A stretch of 64,000 nucleotides of DNA from Leucoraja erinacea (taxonomy: Eukaryota). The stretch covers positions 28,458,001 to 28,522,000 of the forward strand of contig NC_073382.1 of assembly GCF_028641065.1 (NCBI RefSeq), in the 5' to 3' direction. The notes below the pieces were generated by a model. It had not been told where the DNA came from, did no database searches, and was given only the letters and a program-made list of their open reading frames with translations. This document shows, piece by piece, positions 13,321-24,057 of the stretch. The position numbers and the translations under genes are program-made. Each line of letters starts with the position of its first letter. The stretch's first letter is position 1.

Positions 13321-15249
13321 GAGCTTGAAAGTTTGTACATTAAGATTTAAGAACAGTTTCTTCCCCACGGTTTTCAAACTCCTGAACTAATCACCTTTCA
13401 CACTCCCTTCCCAAAGATGCTGCCATGTCCGTTAACTTTGAACTCTACCTCATTTATACTTTTTTTTACAATACTGCAGATTTTACTCTTTTCTTGCACC
13501 ATTGTGCTGTTTCACACTCATGGTATTTATCAGTACTGCATGTATGCTCTTTACTTTGTGAACTGCAGGTGTATATGACAATAACTAATCTGAATCTGAA
13601 TGAGTTGCTTCAGTAACCCTTGAGGGTAGCTTGGTGGGGAACCTTGTCAGGATGTGGACTTTGAAGATAAATATACCGATTCAAAATTGTAGCATTCTAA
13701 GCTTGCATGACTGAGAGATGAGTTTGATTGAGAGCAGGATAAATGACTGACTACTCTGCACCAGACGTTGAATAGTCTCTGCTTGTGTTCAAGCTGAGCC
13801 ATTGACAACCAAATGCTGCATAGAAGTGGCAATAGGCTTGCCCATCTGGAACCGCGAGGCTCCCAGCTCAGAACATAGCTTTGATTCAGGTTGTGTAGGC
13901 AATTCATTGTGCCTACTCATCAGACACCTTCATCATTGTCACAGTGATTATTTGAATCCTCTGCAGTAAACCTAGGCTGCTTGGACCTACATCAGCCATT
14001 GCACTTCCCTGGTTGCAATCTCCTTGCTCTTGTGATTCATCAAGCACAAAACCTGTGAACATTTCACTAAATACAGCAGTGTTATTAGCTGAGTTGCAAA
14101 GTGAATGAGAGTGCTCCCTCAACTCTTCAGCTTCACTGCCTTCAGATTCTCTAACACAGCTTGGGCCAGTGGAGATATTGGGCATCAAGAGAGAACAATT
14201 TTTTTGGGTAGTCAGGTTGCAGTGAAGTGGGATAGGATGTGGAGGGATGTAACTTGCACAGGTTGTGGCATCGGGGATGGTGCCGGGTTCGTCGGTGACC
14301 ACACCTATATTCGCATTAGGGTGAACTCACATGATATGTTTTATTTACAGTGGTAAGAAAGTCCAGGACTAATTGGGGGCGCTATCTTTTGCTGTCGGGG
14401 CGCACGTGCGATGGTGCTGCCGATCTTGAGCTTGTTCTAGCAGTTTGGTCACAAAGGAGGAAGCGTGGCGATCTCAGGCTTCTACCTGCTGTTCATCCTT
14501 GCATCGAGAGGAGATGCTGGCAGCCTCAGGTTTACCATGGTGGCTCAGCTTTGGAGATGCAGTGCTGGCAGTGTCTGGATTATTCTGGCGGTTCACTCTT
14601 AGCTTCTGTGTGGGCACAGTCACTCATTGTCCATGGGCAAGACACTGACATCTCAGGCTTGCTCCAGCCACTAAGTCTTAGCCTCAGTAGAGATACTGGC
14701 TGTCTAGGGCTTGTTCCCAGCAACCCAGTCTTGCCACACAGTGGTACTGGTTGTCTCAGGATTGTTGCCGTGGCTGCATTCCGCCTGCAGGGATCTGAAG
14801 GCAAGCAGCAACTCTGACACTATCTCGTCGTGCCATGGACCCAGATCACCTCCTCCATCAGGCTATCAGCAGAGAGCAGAGGCCGCCCCAACTGAAGTCC
14901 CATCACCCTACAGAACCTCCATGCCCTCAACTTCTATCATCAGGAAATACATCTGGGATCACATTCCAACTACATGGCATCTCAACCTAGAATTATATCA
15001 CTGCTTAATTAACATCACTTGATTTGAATGTGTAGGGAGCAATGCTGCAGAGGTATGTATAGTTTGATATACTTGCCAAAATATGTTGGCTTTATTGGCA
15101 AAGCCATCATTTCTTAATAAAAAAAACACTATTATTTGTAATTTATTTCCCTGACATTCTTTGATATGAATTTATTCAAACATTGCTGATTTTTAAAATT
15201 CTGGTAATGGAAAATGATGCAGGAAAATAATAATGGAAATAACAAGGAA

Positions 15250-16197
15250 ATACTCCCTCTTCACCTACGACTGCACACCTGTACATGGTACTAACACCAT
15301 CATCAAGTATGCAGATGATACAACAGTGATTGGCCTCATCAGCAACAACGATGAGTTGGCCTATAGGGAGGAGATCCAGCTCCTAGCAGCATGGTGCGCT
15401 GACAACAACTTGGCCCTTAACTCCAAGAAGACCAAGGAGCTCATTGTAGACTTCAGAAGGTCTAGGAGCGGCACGCACACCCCCATCCATATTAACGGGA
15501 CGGAGGTGGAACGTGTTTCCAGCTTCAGGTTTCTGGGGGGCAATATCTCCGATGACCTCTCTTGGACACACAATTACTCAACACTGGTCAGGAAGGCTCA
15601 CCAGTGTCTCTTCTTCCTGAGGAGACTAAAGAAGGTCTATCTGTCTCCTCAGATTCTGGTGAACTTCTACCGCTGCACCATCGAGAGCATCCTTACCAAC
15701 TGTATCACAGTATGGTATGGCAACTGCTCTGTCTCCGACTCGAAAGCAGAGGGTGGTGAAAATTGCCCAACGCATCACCGGTTCCTCACTCCCTCCATTG
15801 AGTCTGTCCAAAGCGAGCGATGTCTGCGAAGGGCGCGCAGCATCGTCAAGGACTGCTCTCACCCCAACCACAGACTGTTTACCCTCCTACCATCCAGAAG
15901 GTCCTACAGGTCTCTCCGTTGCTGGACCAGCAGGTCCAGGAACAGCATCTCCCCTGCGGCTGTTACATTTCTTAACTCTGTACCTCGGTGATTGCCAATC
16001 AGCCCACCCCCCCGGATACTCCTTCCCCCAGAAAAATTGCACTACTACGACTGTATGTATGCATATATATTTATTGCTCATATTCTATGTTCGCTCTTCT
16101 GGGGAGATGCTAACTGTATTTCGTTGTCTCTGTACTGAACTGTACTCCTTCCCCCTGCACAATGACAATAACGTTTGAATCTGAATCTGAATCTGAA
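15250..16197 (+). mobile_element. Rex1/Babar LINE 3' part
   Basis: YSLFTYDC...KYADDTTVIG...KTKELIVDFRR...FYRCTIESIL; (tgaatc)n tail. Confidence 0.92.
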
Positions 16198-17139
16198 GGT
16201 ATAAACTAATCTTAAATCTCACAATGATTGAAAATAAAACAATGTAAATGCTGATAGACTGCATTGCTTGCAGTCTTCCAGCACAATCACAATACAATAT
16301 CACTTATGTATCCTAATTGATGATATAACATCAATCAACATCTGGTTGTCAATTCACTGTAGTTCAATTCAGTTATAACCACAATACATACCTTTGCATT
16401 CACAGGGATAATATCCCACAAAATGCAAGTGAAATTTGGTTGGGCATATGCGAATACAGATTAAATTGTCCTGCAAACCATCTAAACAACTTCCAATACA
16501 GACCTGTTTTGCACTGTTTAAGGATGTACCTTTGGGTACTAATATGTCAGAATCTGGCCTATCTGTCACACTCCCTCACAAAGCTTTAAACTCTGAAGTT
16601 AAGCTCATCTGAAAGGCCCCATAAGTTACATGCAAAATGAAAGCTAGAGCCTGTGAGGTATCAAGAAACTACCAGCCTGTGACAGTGATAACAGGAATGA
16701 CAAACACAATGATGATCGATGCATGAACCTACCTCAGGCCCACTTTACAATATACTAATGAGGTAAATATTTCTGTCAATGTCTGAGAGATAATTCATCA
16801 ATATTACTTTATTATTTGCTTCTTCTTTGTTTGTCGAAGCTGACAATTAATGAGCAAACAACTATTTGCCCTAGTTTAACAGTTAGTTTAGTAGATTTTG
16901 GTCGTTATTGTGTCACACTTCGAGGGATTATATTTAACGATTAACAATGCTCACATTGATATGCTGGTATAGAGTGAGGGGAAAAAGACTGGATACAGAA
17001 GTAAATAAAATAAACACATCCTGTTATGGATAAATAGATAAAAGACATATTTTCATTTGTGAATCCTCAATTTTATTCTCTTTGTATGAAAGAGATTCAT
17101 AAGAGACTGTTTGCCTGGAATGAAGCAAGAGATTTGACA

Positions 17140-17270
17140 GTAGGCACAAAGAAATGCAGATCCTGGTTTACCAAAAAAGACACAAAATGCTCGAGTAACT
17201 CAGCAGTTGAGGCAGCATCGGTGTAGAACATGGATTGGGGACGCTTTGGGTCAGGACCCTTCTTCCAACC
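17140..17270 (-). mobile_element. Penelope-like terminal fragment with decayed hammerhead core
   Basis: Reverse complement reads ggaagaagggtcctgacccaaagcgtc...gatgctgcctcaactgctgagttactc. Confidence 0.7.
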
Positions 17271-18301
17271 TTCTCTTCATAGCATAAAACCCAGAATGTA
17301 CAAATGCTTGCAGGTATCAGATTCTGTATTGTCTGTAGACCTTGTCACTTTGTAGATTTTTTTTGCCATCTTGAGAATGTGAACAAAGGTGTACAAAGTT
17401 ATGGAACTCCTGACCAATCTCACTCTTTCCTTTCATCTTTTTTCTTTCAAATTTTAACTTATTATTTCCTGATTTACAACATATTTGTTGTACTTTCTCC
17501 TTTTACTTTTGTCACAACAGAAAAGATGATCTTGGAAGAGAATGGGCTAATTAAGGATAGGCAGCATGGCTTTGTAAAGGAAATCTAAGTGCTTAACATT
17601 TTTTGTCACTAACTGCACATTCTGCAATGGTTTCTGCTGTAACTTCTATATCAATTTCAGGTAAATAGTGTGTGCAGGCAATTTTGAGAAGTGTACAAAC
17701 GTGACGCAAATTCTTCCTGCCAAGAGTAAAACATGTAAAAAATGTACAGTTTCTGTGCTCAGTACTTTGATTGCTCCATTGACACATAGTTCATGCCTTT
17801 GAATCAGTGAGCAATTTAAGATGCTTTATTTATTTGCAAAAGCAGTTATTTCTCTGATCCCGTCCATCCAACAAGATTCCACATCCAATGGTAGTAAAAC
17901 TGGGTACTTCACCTTTTAATGATCTGTGAACAGAAGAACCATAAGCAGGAGAAAGCAAGTCCTTCCAGATTGCTTTGCAATTCAGTGAGAACACAACTGC
18001 TTTGAAACCTCATGTGAATTTCCTTGCCTGATATCCACATCCACTTGATCCTTTCAGTATTCAAAACTTTGTCAAGTACATCACTGAAAATATTCAATAA
18101 TTAAAGTAATTGAGGTAGATAACTCAAAAGATTCACAACTGCCTAAAATATTTTTTTTTTTGTTATCTGCATGCTAAATGGGCTGATATTTATCCTGAGA
18201 CTATACGTTAATTCTTTCTCTGCACTCTTCCCAGTCTAATAACATAAAGCTTCAGTATAAATCATTCATCGATCAGCAAGATTTAAAATAATAATTACCA
18301 T

Positions 18302-18374
18302 TGCCCAAACCTGGAATTAAACCAGGGACCTTTAGCTCTTCAGTGTAACAATCTCCCAACCAAGTTCTTTCAGC
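18302..18374 (-). pseudogene. tRNA-Phe(GAA) pseudogene
   Basis: 73 nt colinear with vertebrate tRNA-Phe (GCTGAAAGAACTTGGTTGGGAGATTGTTACACTGAAGAGCTAAAGGTCCCTGGTTTAATTCCAGGTTTGGGCA); about 14 substitutions by hand count, including the A/B boxes; anticodon GAA retained. Confidence 0.88.
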
Positions 18375-18544
18375 TACCATAGTACATATGCAAATACATG
18401 TGTTTGATTAGTCTCTGTTTTAGTTTGTAATTGTTTCTGAATTTTGTAACAGCTCTTCAACAACTATATCAAATTGTAACATTAATTAATTAAGTGCACA
18501 TCTCAAATTATCAAGAAGAGAGAAGGCTTTTAACTGCCATCATA

Positions 18545-18997
18545 TCTATTAACTATTAAAACTCTGGTCTTAGATGTAGAGGTATGTGTGTGATTGTGTG
18601 TTTGTGTGTAATCACATCCCCTCAAAAAAACGATATTCCGATAGCGATTTCCCCCCTGGAGTACAAAATCGCCTTATCTGAAAAATTCATGCTTTATTTC
18701 CTCTCGTTATTAATGAAAATGTTCACAAAGCTCTCGATAAACCCTACCTTTGAAATCCCCCCCCACCTACACCAACCCTTTCATCTCCTCCTGTCTTTCG
18801 GGATTGATGATCGGTGCTTTCTCATGGATCCTCCTGCATGTCGTCCTCCCACCCCCGTTATTCCTTCCTGATGCAGCCCCTCTCACCCCCAGCTCTCCCC
18901 CCCCCCCCCAGCCTCTTTTTCCACCCCCCTTCCCCCCCCCACCTTTCTAGACCCGCCCCCCTCCTATCCCCCCCCCCTCTCCTCCCCTCCCCCCCCC

Positions 18998-19041
<44 letters not shown>

Positions 19042-20015
19042 TCCCCCCCCCCCCCCCCTCCCCCCCCCCCCCCCCCTCTCTCCCCCCCCCCCAACGGGTC
19101 CCTCCACTATTAAAACAGCTTGTTCCCACCCTCGTTTCACCTAACAGTCATCCCGGCAGAGATTTTTCCGTGCAGTCCCTGTTATTCATCAGAGTTATTA
19201 CTAAAAATGTACCGAATTTTTGAATTAAAAATGGTTTTTGGTTCATCCGAAAATCATTCCTCAGAGGTGCTTTTTGCAAGACTTGGCTCCTCAATCGGTC
19301 CAACATTTGCAACTCTCATAGCTTCTGGCTTTGGTGACTCTGCATTGATATATATTTTTTTCCCCCCCCCAATGCAAATCAGCCATGCCTTGAGGGGGGT
19401 ATGGGATCCAATGGGTCCCTCTTGGTCTAGTAACTATTAAAACTCTGAGCTTGGTTTCTTTATTTGTGTGTGTGCTTGTGTGTAATCACATCTTATCGAA
19501 AAAGCAATGCACTAACAGTAAAATGTTTACATATTCCGGCAGAGATTTTTTCCGTGCAGTCGAAATCGCCTTATCTGAAAAATTCATGCATTATTTCTCG
19601 ATTCATTACTAAAAATGTACAAAAATACTATGAATTTAAAATGGTTTTTGCTTTAAAATCATTCCTCAGAGCTTCCAGCACACCTTGATACAAAGTTGCA
19701 AGACAGGAACACTCAGAACTTTTCAGCTCAATGGTATCTCACAGCAAGTGCACCAACATTTGCAACAATGTTGCCATCATAGCTTCTGGCAGGACAGGAG
19801 TGGGAGGGTCAATTGGTATTGCAATTGGGGATTGATATATATTTTTTTCAACTCCAGGGCTGGGGGAGGCTCATGAGCGATGATCCTTGCTGAGTAGTGC
19901 TCAAATCTTACCTTCGGCAATGCGTTGAGTTGGAGGCCCACGCCTCCCGTGGGGGCTATGGGTAAGGGACAGGTGCGTTGGGGGAGAAGACCCAATGGGT
20001 CTGCACTTAGTCTAT
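18545..20015 (+). mobile_element. non-autonomous Helitron-like element, tandem units
   Basis: 5' A|TCTATTAACTATTAAAACT; hairpin gggatcc-aat-gggtccc followed by CTAG at 19427-19430; final hairpin agaccc-aat-gggtct followed by CTAT at 20012-20015. Confidence 0.75.
18895..19092. repeat. poly-C / C-rich tract
   Basis: Near-homopolymer C run inside the Helitron. Confidence 0.95.
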
Positions 20016-20103
20016 TGTACTATAAAAACAGAACAGCATTGCTCGGGTACAGGCCCTACGGCCCACAAAGTCTGCACTGACCAAAATACCAATCTAATTC
20101 AAG

Positions 20104-20421
20104 CTTAGTTTAGTTTGGTTTAGAGATACAGTGGAAACAGACCCTTTGGTATATTGGGTCCACACCGTCCAGCGATCCCCACATATTAACACTATCCTAC
20201 ACACGCTAGGGCCAATGTATACATTTACCAAGCCAATTTACCCACATACCTGTACATCTTTTGAGTGTGGGAGGAAACGTAAGATCTCGAAGGAAACCCA
20301 CGCATGTCACGGGGAGATCATGCAAACTCCATACAGACAGCACCCATTGTCGGGATTGAACCCGGGCCTCCGATGCTGCAAGCGCTGTAAGGCTGCAACT
20401 CTATCGCTGAGTCACCGTGAA
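20104..20421 (-). mobile_element. HE1-like V-SINE
   Basis: Reverse complement of the 745-1047 family, including the (aaact) tail and tRNA-like head. Confidence 0.85.
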
Positions 20422-21522
20422 CCTCTTCTGATAGTTAACATCCTAGTGAATCTTTTCTGCACCCTCACCGAAGCCCCATCCTTCCTATAATGTGGCAACC
20501 AGAACTGCATTCAATACTTCCAAATCTGGCCTAACTAAAGTTTTACGTCTGTAACTAGGGTTTTATGCAGCAGTAACGTTAAGCCCAATAATGTACATTA
20601 AACATTCCCAATTGAACCAGTATAGGACTTGATAACTTACAGTTACATAGTGTTTTATATGAGAACAACAATCTTCTTAATATTGTTTTTTTTATGGTTC
20701 AGCAAATTAAGTTCTTGCTGCCTATTGTGGGAAACGGCATTAATTCAACTACAAAAGAGGCAAGCCATCTTTACAGCCACATGGCTATTCATTTGTAACT
20801 TTAACCTGATATTAGTATTTTTTTAATCCCTTTCCATTCACAATTCCAGGACCACCACCTGGCCAACGATCACCTTTGACCTTCATTAGCAGCAATTATA
20901 AGAATCCTTCCTCAGTGCCATTCCCTTCTGTCCAGTTCTGTGTCATGTCCTGGGTTAAGTACCTTAGAAAATGGGTGATTTTCAGCATTTTCAGATTATC
21001 TATTCAAAACCACTTGTTTCTTTTCACTCTTTGCTTTTGTCCTTCTCTTTGCTGTTTAGATAAAAGATGAAATATGACAAAAAGAATTTAGGCAAAGTCA
21101 ACATAATCTGCTTGAACTACCTTTAATTCAGAAATGTAGGAATTAAGTCTTACAGTTTGAGGGTGACCTGCCTGTGCTTATTGCAAATGAGAACCAAGTG
21201 TGGAGAAAGGAAAGAAACAGTAAAGAAAGGCCAATGAGAATACCCTTTATGGTGTTTTGTAGCCTTTGGGAAAGGAAAGCAATGTGGTTTTTGAAAGACA
21301 AGCTGTGTACTTTCCCTCAGGCACATCATAAGGAGACACTTTTCATTTTGTGCATTATAATAGCTATCATCTGGAGAACATGGAAATGTTTCTTGGTTAG
21401 AATTGATAAGAATAACTTCCTTACAGGGCTTGGTCATCGTCAGCTGCACTTAAACTCAGAGGCTAATGATATAAAGACTGTTACAAATCTTTGTTTCAGT
21501 TTCAGGTTCTCTGCAAATATTT

Positions 21523-21576
21523 GGGGTGGAAGATTGCAACCTTCATGTTGTCCACCCTGTTTCGCCAAATGCAATC
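21523..21576 (+). ncRNA. minimal HDV-like self-cleaving ribozyme (predicted)
   Basis: P1 GGGGUGG/CCACCCU with G1-U wobble; P2 GAUUGCA/UGCAAUC; P3 ACC/UGU (1 mismatch); 7-nt L3 UUCAUGU; J4/2 C-AAA. Confidence 0.72.
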
Positions 21577-21656
21577 AACCCAGCGTGCACAATCAAATAA
21601 GATCAAATAGAACAAGTTGTCCTACAACTTTAGACTGTGCACATCAAGAACAAGAA
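21523..21656 (+). mobile_element. 134-bp non-autonomous retroposon with 5' HDV-like ribozyme
   Basis: 10-bp TSD gcaaatattt (21513-21522 / 21657-21666); 3' nested stems gtgcaca/tgtgcac and aagttgt/acaactt; caagaacaagaa tail. Confidence 0.8.
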
Positions 21657-22039
21657 GCAAATATTTTAAGAGCTTCGAGTGAGATTAAAGAAAATCATGG
21701 AAAACGTTGGCCAAAGTTTTGCACAAAATCTTTGAAATTAACTAACTTTAATTATATTTCAGTAATTATATTGCAAAATGGCATTATGTTTCTGCATCTT
21801 TCAGGAATTATTTAAAGCACATGAGGCATCCTACAGAATTAAATGTTGCTGACACCAACTTACCTGCTGACATCAATATTTGGAATTGGATTTGGAATAC
21901 TTTATTGTCACATGTGACTAGGCACAGTGAAATTCTTCGCTGCATACCCAATGTGTACAAATTCACATAAACTCTCTTTTAAAAGATCCAATATCTGACA
22001 TGGTGTGTAAGTTAGAATGTCCAAGTCACTATTAACTTC

Positions 22040-22363
22040 TCTAGATTTGACTCTAGACTTGCTTGAGAGATACGGTGCAGAAACAGGCCCTTTGGAACAC
22101 CGGGTCTGTGCCGACCAGCGATCCCCGTAGACTAGCACTATCCTACACACTAGTGACAATTTACAAATTTTACCAAAGCCAAGGTAACCTACAAACCTGC
22201 ACATCTTTCGAAAGTGGGAGGAAACCAGAGTACCCAGAGAAAACCCATGCGGTTACGGGGAGAAAGTACAAACACCATACAAACAGCACCTGTAGTCAGG
22301 CTCAAAACAGGATCTCAGGCACTGTATGGCAGCAACTCTACCACTGTGCCACAGTGCCACCCT
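22040..22363 (-). mobile_element. HE1-like V-SINE
   Basis: Reverse complement of the HE1 head, core and CR1-type tail. Confidence 0.85.
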
Positions 22364-22929
22364 GAGTAAAAATAGTTCTCCCTCATGGCAGCCCTCACAT
22401 CCTTCTGCAATCCACGTAGCTTGAATTTTTAAATCTATGACCTTTGGTTCTTCAACCATAGAGATATGAGGACAGCTTGTCTGTCGACCCAACTGAAACC
22501 AGTTACGACTTGCACACCTCAATCACATCTCCTCTCAAACTCTTTTCTCCAAGAAGCATAGCCCAGATAGACTCGAGAGTCATAGACTCATACAGCATGG
22601 ATTCAACCCCTTTGGCTCAACATGTCCATGTTCTTCTCGTTCTCTTCAGCATCTGTTTATAGAAGAAGGATTGAAGTTGAGGGAAATTTTCAACTATTCA
22701 GCTTTGGATAAATAAGTGATTTCGGTAGGATGGATATAAAGAGCGACAGATGAGATGATATCCATGGAGATGGAAGCAGACTTAATGCTTTTGGTCACAA
22801 GAACTCATATGACCTTACTTGAAAAGTTATTCTTAATTGGGTTGAAATAGAAAATATACATTTCATTGCACAATGAATAACTTATCAGCAAGCCTGGTAA
22901 ACTTTATATATAAACTACATATGTAATTC

Positions 22930-23380
22930 TTGTGTAGGAAGGAACTGCAGATGCTGGTTTACACCAAAGATAGACACAACATGCTGTTGTAACTCAGCAG
23001 CTCAGGCAGCAAATCTGGAGAAAAGGAATAGGTGAAGTACCGGGTTGAGATCTTTCTTCAGACTGCGAATCAGGGGAGAAGGAAATTAGATGTATGAAAA
23101 GGTACAGAACAGATCAGAGCTGGCCAAGGAAAGGTGGAGCCCACAATGGTCCATTGTCAGCTGTGCAAAAAGTAATAATGAAGGGATTCAAGTAGTGAAA
23201 CTAGCAGGTTGACTAGGGTGGGGAGGGATGGAGAGACAGGGAATGCAAGGGTTACTTGAAATGAGAGAAATCAAATTCATAACGCTGGGTATGAATTAGA
23301 GAAATCAAATTCATAAGCTGCACAAGCGAAATATGAGGTGATGTTCCTCCAATTTGCATGTAATTCTTGGGCAGTGAACA
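22930..23380 (-). mobile_element. Penelope-like element 3' end (ORF C-terminus, 3' UTR, decayed hammerhead)
   Basis: Minus-strand frame CKLEEHHLIFRLCSL...PSVMN...FSHFK* resembles the C-terminus of PLE GIY-YIG domains; then gtctgaagaaagatctcaacccggtacttcacc and the family tail. Confidence 0.8.
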
Positions 23381-23952
23381 TGAATCTAATGTTAATTGTT
23401 TTGTCACAGCTGCTGTGGTGGTGGAACATTTGATTCTCTGTATTAATAACCAGGTAAAACATATCACCTTATGATTTTAAACCATTTTCACAAATGACAA
23501 TTATAATAAATCATGTATCATATTGGAGAAAAAAATGTCTACATATAGTCTGCATGTATCTATCACCACATTATATCATTTTACATATATACAGAATTGT
23601 TTGTGTTCTTCAATTGGGAAGAAAATAAGTAAATAGAAATGGGAAGTATGTTCTTCGATAGTTACCGTTTTTTGTCAACCGTAGCTGCAACTGATGATTT
23701 CTGGAGCATTGAAATATTTCTGCAGAATATTTACTGACATATTTGTAATAAAACAATGAATGTATTGGATGACTTTGAAAACATCTGAAGCTGACAAATG
23801 AAAATTGTAATATCATAAATAAAGATTAGGATTTATTATCTACAGTCAATTATCTGAATTTGTAGATTTATTATTTACAAATATAAATGTCTTTGCACAG
23901 GTAATAAAATCTTCAATAAATTTATATTGCTGAAATCTCTTATTTAGAAGCC

Positions 23953-24007
23953 AAGGGCCGAAGCTGATCCAAATTCCTTGTATGCACATTCTTGGCCAAT
24001 AAACGTA

Positions 24008-24056
<49 letters not shown>
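23953..24056 (+). repeat. very short LINE 3' tail with (ATT)n microsatellite
   Basis: aaattccttgtatgcacattcttggccaataaa followed by about 16 ATT units. Confidence 0.7.

Positions 24057-24057
<1 letters not shown>

Larger units (their letters stand above)
9160..13610 (+). mobile_element. old Rex1/Babar LINE split by nested insertions
   Basis: Decayed RT region 9160-10150 (KAAGSDGVPG, LDPFQF), resumes 10549-10835 (LLLPSERKHRS) and again from 13321 (LKV..FKNSFFP). Confidence 0.75.

Noticed and set aside
18750-19129. Poly-Pro / poly-Gly ORFs
   Set aside because: Translations of a poly-C tract.
21174-21815. 213-aa ORF, the longest one not matching an RT
   Set aside because: No recognisable domain, non-ATG start, and it runs through the TSD-flanked 134-bp insertion; a chance ORF.
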